Below are positions 62,535 through 64,000 of a DNA stretch of 64,000 nucleotides, piece after piece. The stretch lies in the IMG/VR virus record IMGVR_UViG_3300027759_003827, positions 1-64,000 of that record; one strand, given 5' to 3'. The position numbers and the translations under genes were made by a program. Position 1 is the first letter of the stretch. Each line of letters starts with the position of its first letter. The notes under the pieces are model-generated. The model was not told the origin of the DNA, did not search any database, and saw only the letters and a program-made list of their open reading frames with translations. This DNA is from a virus.

Positions 62535-63001
62535 TACCCTATATAAATTGCTGAGTTTCTTTTATTCTCAAAGAATTCTACTTGTGCTACTCTAACGCGG
62601 TTATTTGTCTCTTCCTGTACAAAAGTATTTATTTTACCGTAAATATACTTTGCAAATTGCTCTGCACCTACAGGGCCTTCAAGGATTCTTAACTGTACTA
62701 CTCCTCTCTTATCTAACTCTTTAAAGATCTCCAATTCAGGATCATCTGGTGCTAATACCGTAGTATGATCGAACATATAATCCATCCATTGCTTAGCGTT
62801 CATACCGTCAATTTGAGTTTTAGCTCTCTTCATACCGCCAAAGTCCCATACCCAATTTCTATGATCTAACTCTCCTTCAAAAGTTATTCTAAATTCAATA
62901 TCGTAACCATGTAAAAATCTACAATGCGTACCTTCAGCAGCCCATTGACGGAATACGGTACTAAACCCGTCGTATAATTTTGTTGATTGAAATTTGCTCA
63001 T
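62534..63001 (-). CDS. queD: 6-carboxytetrahydropterin synthase
   Basis: HCRFLHGY, DFGG, FDHT, GAE, E...NSA. Confidence 0.92.
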   Translation of the reverse strand: MSKFQSTKLYDGFSTVFRQWAAEGTHCRFLHGYDIEFRITFEGELDHRNWVWDFGGMKRAKTQIDGMNAKQWMDYMFDHTTVLAPDDPELEIFKELDKRGVVQLRILEGPVGAEQFAKYIYGKINTFVQEETNNRVRVAQVEFFENKRNSAIYIG

Positions 63002-63019
63002 AACGTATTTTTTATAAAA

Positions 63020-63214
63020 TTAAGTATTTTCTCTCAGATAACCAAATTCTTGTGCAAGTACTTGACAGCTTTTTTTATGTTTATCTCTATATGGACAATG
63101 TCTACATCCATTCCCACAACACTGTCCTCTTTGAGAATGGAAAAGGGCCGTAAAAATGACCCTTTCCCCTTCCAAATAATAATGTATTCCTTGTATGAAT
63201 TCTTTTTTTTCCAT
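63020..63214 (-). CDS. DUF5522-like Cys-rich protein (likely start 63214)
   Basis: VIFTA.FH.QRG.CCGNGCRHCPY. Confidence 0.75.
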   Translation of the reverse strand: MEKKEFIQGIHYYLEGERVIFTALFHSQRGQCCGNGCRHCPYRDKHKKSCQVLAQEFGYLRENT

Positions 63215-63215
63215 C

Positions 63216-64000
63216 TTATTGAACTTCACAAGCACCGCCAGCGCAAGCTGCTTCTCCCATTAAGTTAGTATTGTCTGCAAATTCGACAACTTTAGATAAA
63301 TCTATATTATGTAAAGACTTCATCATTTCGTCGTACTTCTCTTCTGTACAGTCTTCGAAAGGTGCTTGAATATAAGTTCCGCCGTCGTAAGGTAGTACTG
63401 ATAAGCCATTGTAGAATTTTTTATTATCCCACATCCACTTTCCTACCTCTTCCCACTGATCTGCTTTAATAGAAACTGTAGCTGAAATATTATGTGTATT
63501 CTGACCTGTTCTATGACCTGGTTTAACCCAGTTTTGATATACAGACTTAACTCTTTCAAGAAGATCTAAAGCAGACTCGTGTCTTAAAATAGATCCTGCT
63601 GGAGCTTTTTGCGGTACAGAGATAACTGCTGTATCATGAGGTCTAAAATATTCATCTTCGATAAGCTCTGGATGATTAATTGCTAGGTAGGTGTATATAG
63701 ATTCGTTCTTACCTACTCTAATTCTTCTAATATAGAAATCATTATGCCATGCATGAATTCCAGATGATGTTCCTAATGCTAAAGAAGAAGTTCCTGAAGG
63801 CTTTACTGTAGTAGTTCTAGCTGCTTTATTAATTCCTAATAGCTTAGCTACTCTCTCATTTTCTTCATTAACAATCTTAGTTGCTTGCTTAAGATCTAAC
63901 TGTTGAACTTTACCAGAACCAATACCTGTCATTCCTACGCCTATTAAAGCGTCTTTTTCGGTTGTTCTTTGCCAGATAGGACGTAAGTAATGGAAGCTAG
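63216..64000 (-). CDS. nrdJ: class II (B12-dependent) ribonucleotide reductase, 3' part; frame continues off the window
   Basis: TTVKPSGT.S, SSGIH, HNISATV, GLSVLP, C-terminal ACAGGACEV; upstream in frame FHYLRPIWQRTTEKDALIGVGM. Confidence 0.92.
   Translation of the reverse strand, partial: SFHYLRPIWQRTTEKDALIGVGMTGIGSGKVQQLDLKQATKIVNEENERVAKLLGINKAARTTTVKPSGTSSLALGTSSGIHAWHNDFYIRRIRVGKNESIYTYLAINHPELIEDEYFRPHDTAVISVPQKAPAGSILRHESALDLLERVKSVYQNWVKPGHRTGQNTHNISATVSIKADQWEEVGKWMWDNKKFYNGLSVLPYDGGTYIQAPFEDCTEEKYDEMMKSLHNIDLSKVVEFADNTNLMGEAACAGGACEVQ

Noticed and set aside
57068-63001. Reading the que genes as tRNA queuosine biosynthesis
   Set aside because: No queA or queG/H here, the TGT-like protein lacks the tRNA-TGT zinc site, and a formyltransferase and kinase are embedded; DNA modification fits better, though tRNA use is not excluded.
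1-64000. Stop-codon reassignment (TAG or TGA recoding seen in some Bacteroidota phages)
   Set aside because: Conserved genes are full length in the standard code, TAG ends genes such as polA at the expected place, and no canonical suppressor tRNA is present.

Overview
AT-rich, gene-dense segment of a large (probably jumbo) dsDNA bacteriophage. Almost all genes are on the minus strand and the standard genetic code fits. The host is inferred to be Bacteroidota, from Bacteroidota-type TTG-N19/20-TAnnTTTA promoters, the near absence of Shine-Dalgarno sites and a tmRNA tag ending GANEYAVAA. From left to right: (1) about 1-13 kb, short accessory ORFs driven by repeated early-type promoters, including a small strand-switch island; (2) about 13-22 kb, late or virion-associated and envelope genes preceded by a second motif, (C/A)TATTTAT(A/T); (3) 22-35.7 kb, a large nucleotide-sugar and glycosyltransferase cluster that includes gmd and fabH; (4) 37.2-39.3 kb, a stable-RNA operon with tmRNA, tRNA-fMet/Thr/Ser/Gln, a 159-nt tRNA-like RNA and several unexplained structured spacers; (5) 40.6-46.8 kb, a cassette of exported proteins (two CsgG-like proteins, a cohesin/dockerin protein, a beta-barrel protein and lipoproteins); (6) a nuclease, iscA/iscU, groEL/ES, hsp20 and a family-A DNA polymerase; (7) 54.6-63 kb, a complete 7-deazaguanine pathway (folE, queD, queE, queC, queF, a TGT/DpdA-like gene, a formyltransferase and a P-loop kinase), followed by the 3' end of a class II ribonucleotide reductase. 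The strongest candidates for undescribed biology are the CsgG-cohesin/dockerin envelope cassette, the oversized tRNA-like RNA and long-tag tmRNA, two genes bracketed by perfect inverted repeats, and a pseudoknot or switch directly upstream of queC. All family assignments come from motif recognition by eye; no database search or folding program was run.
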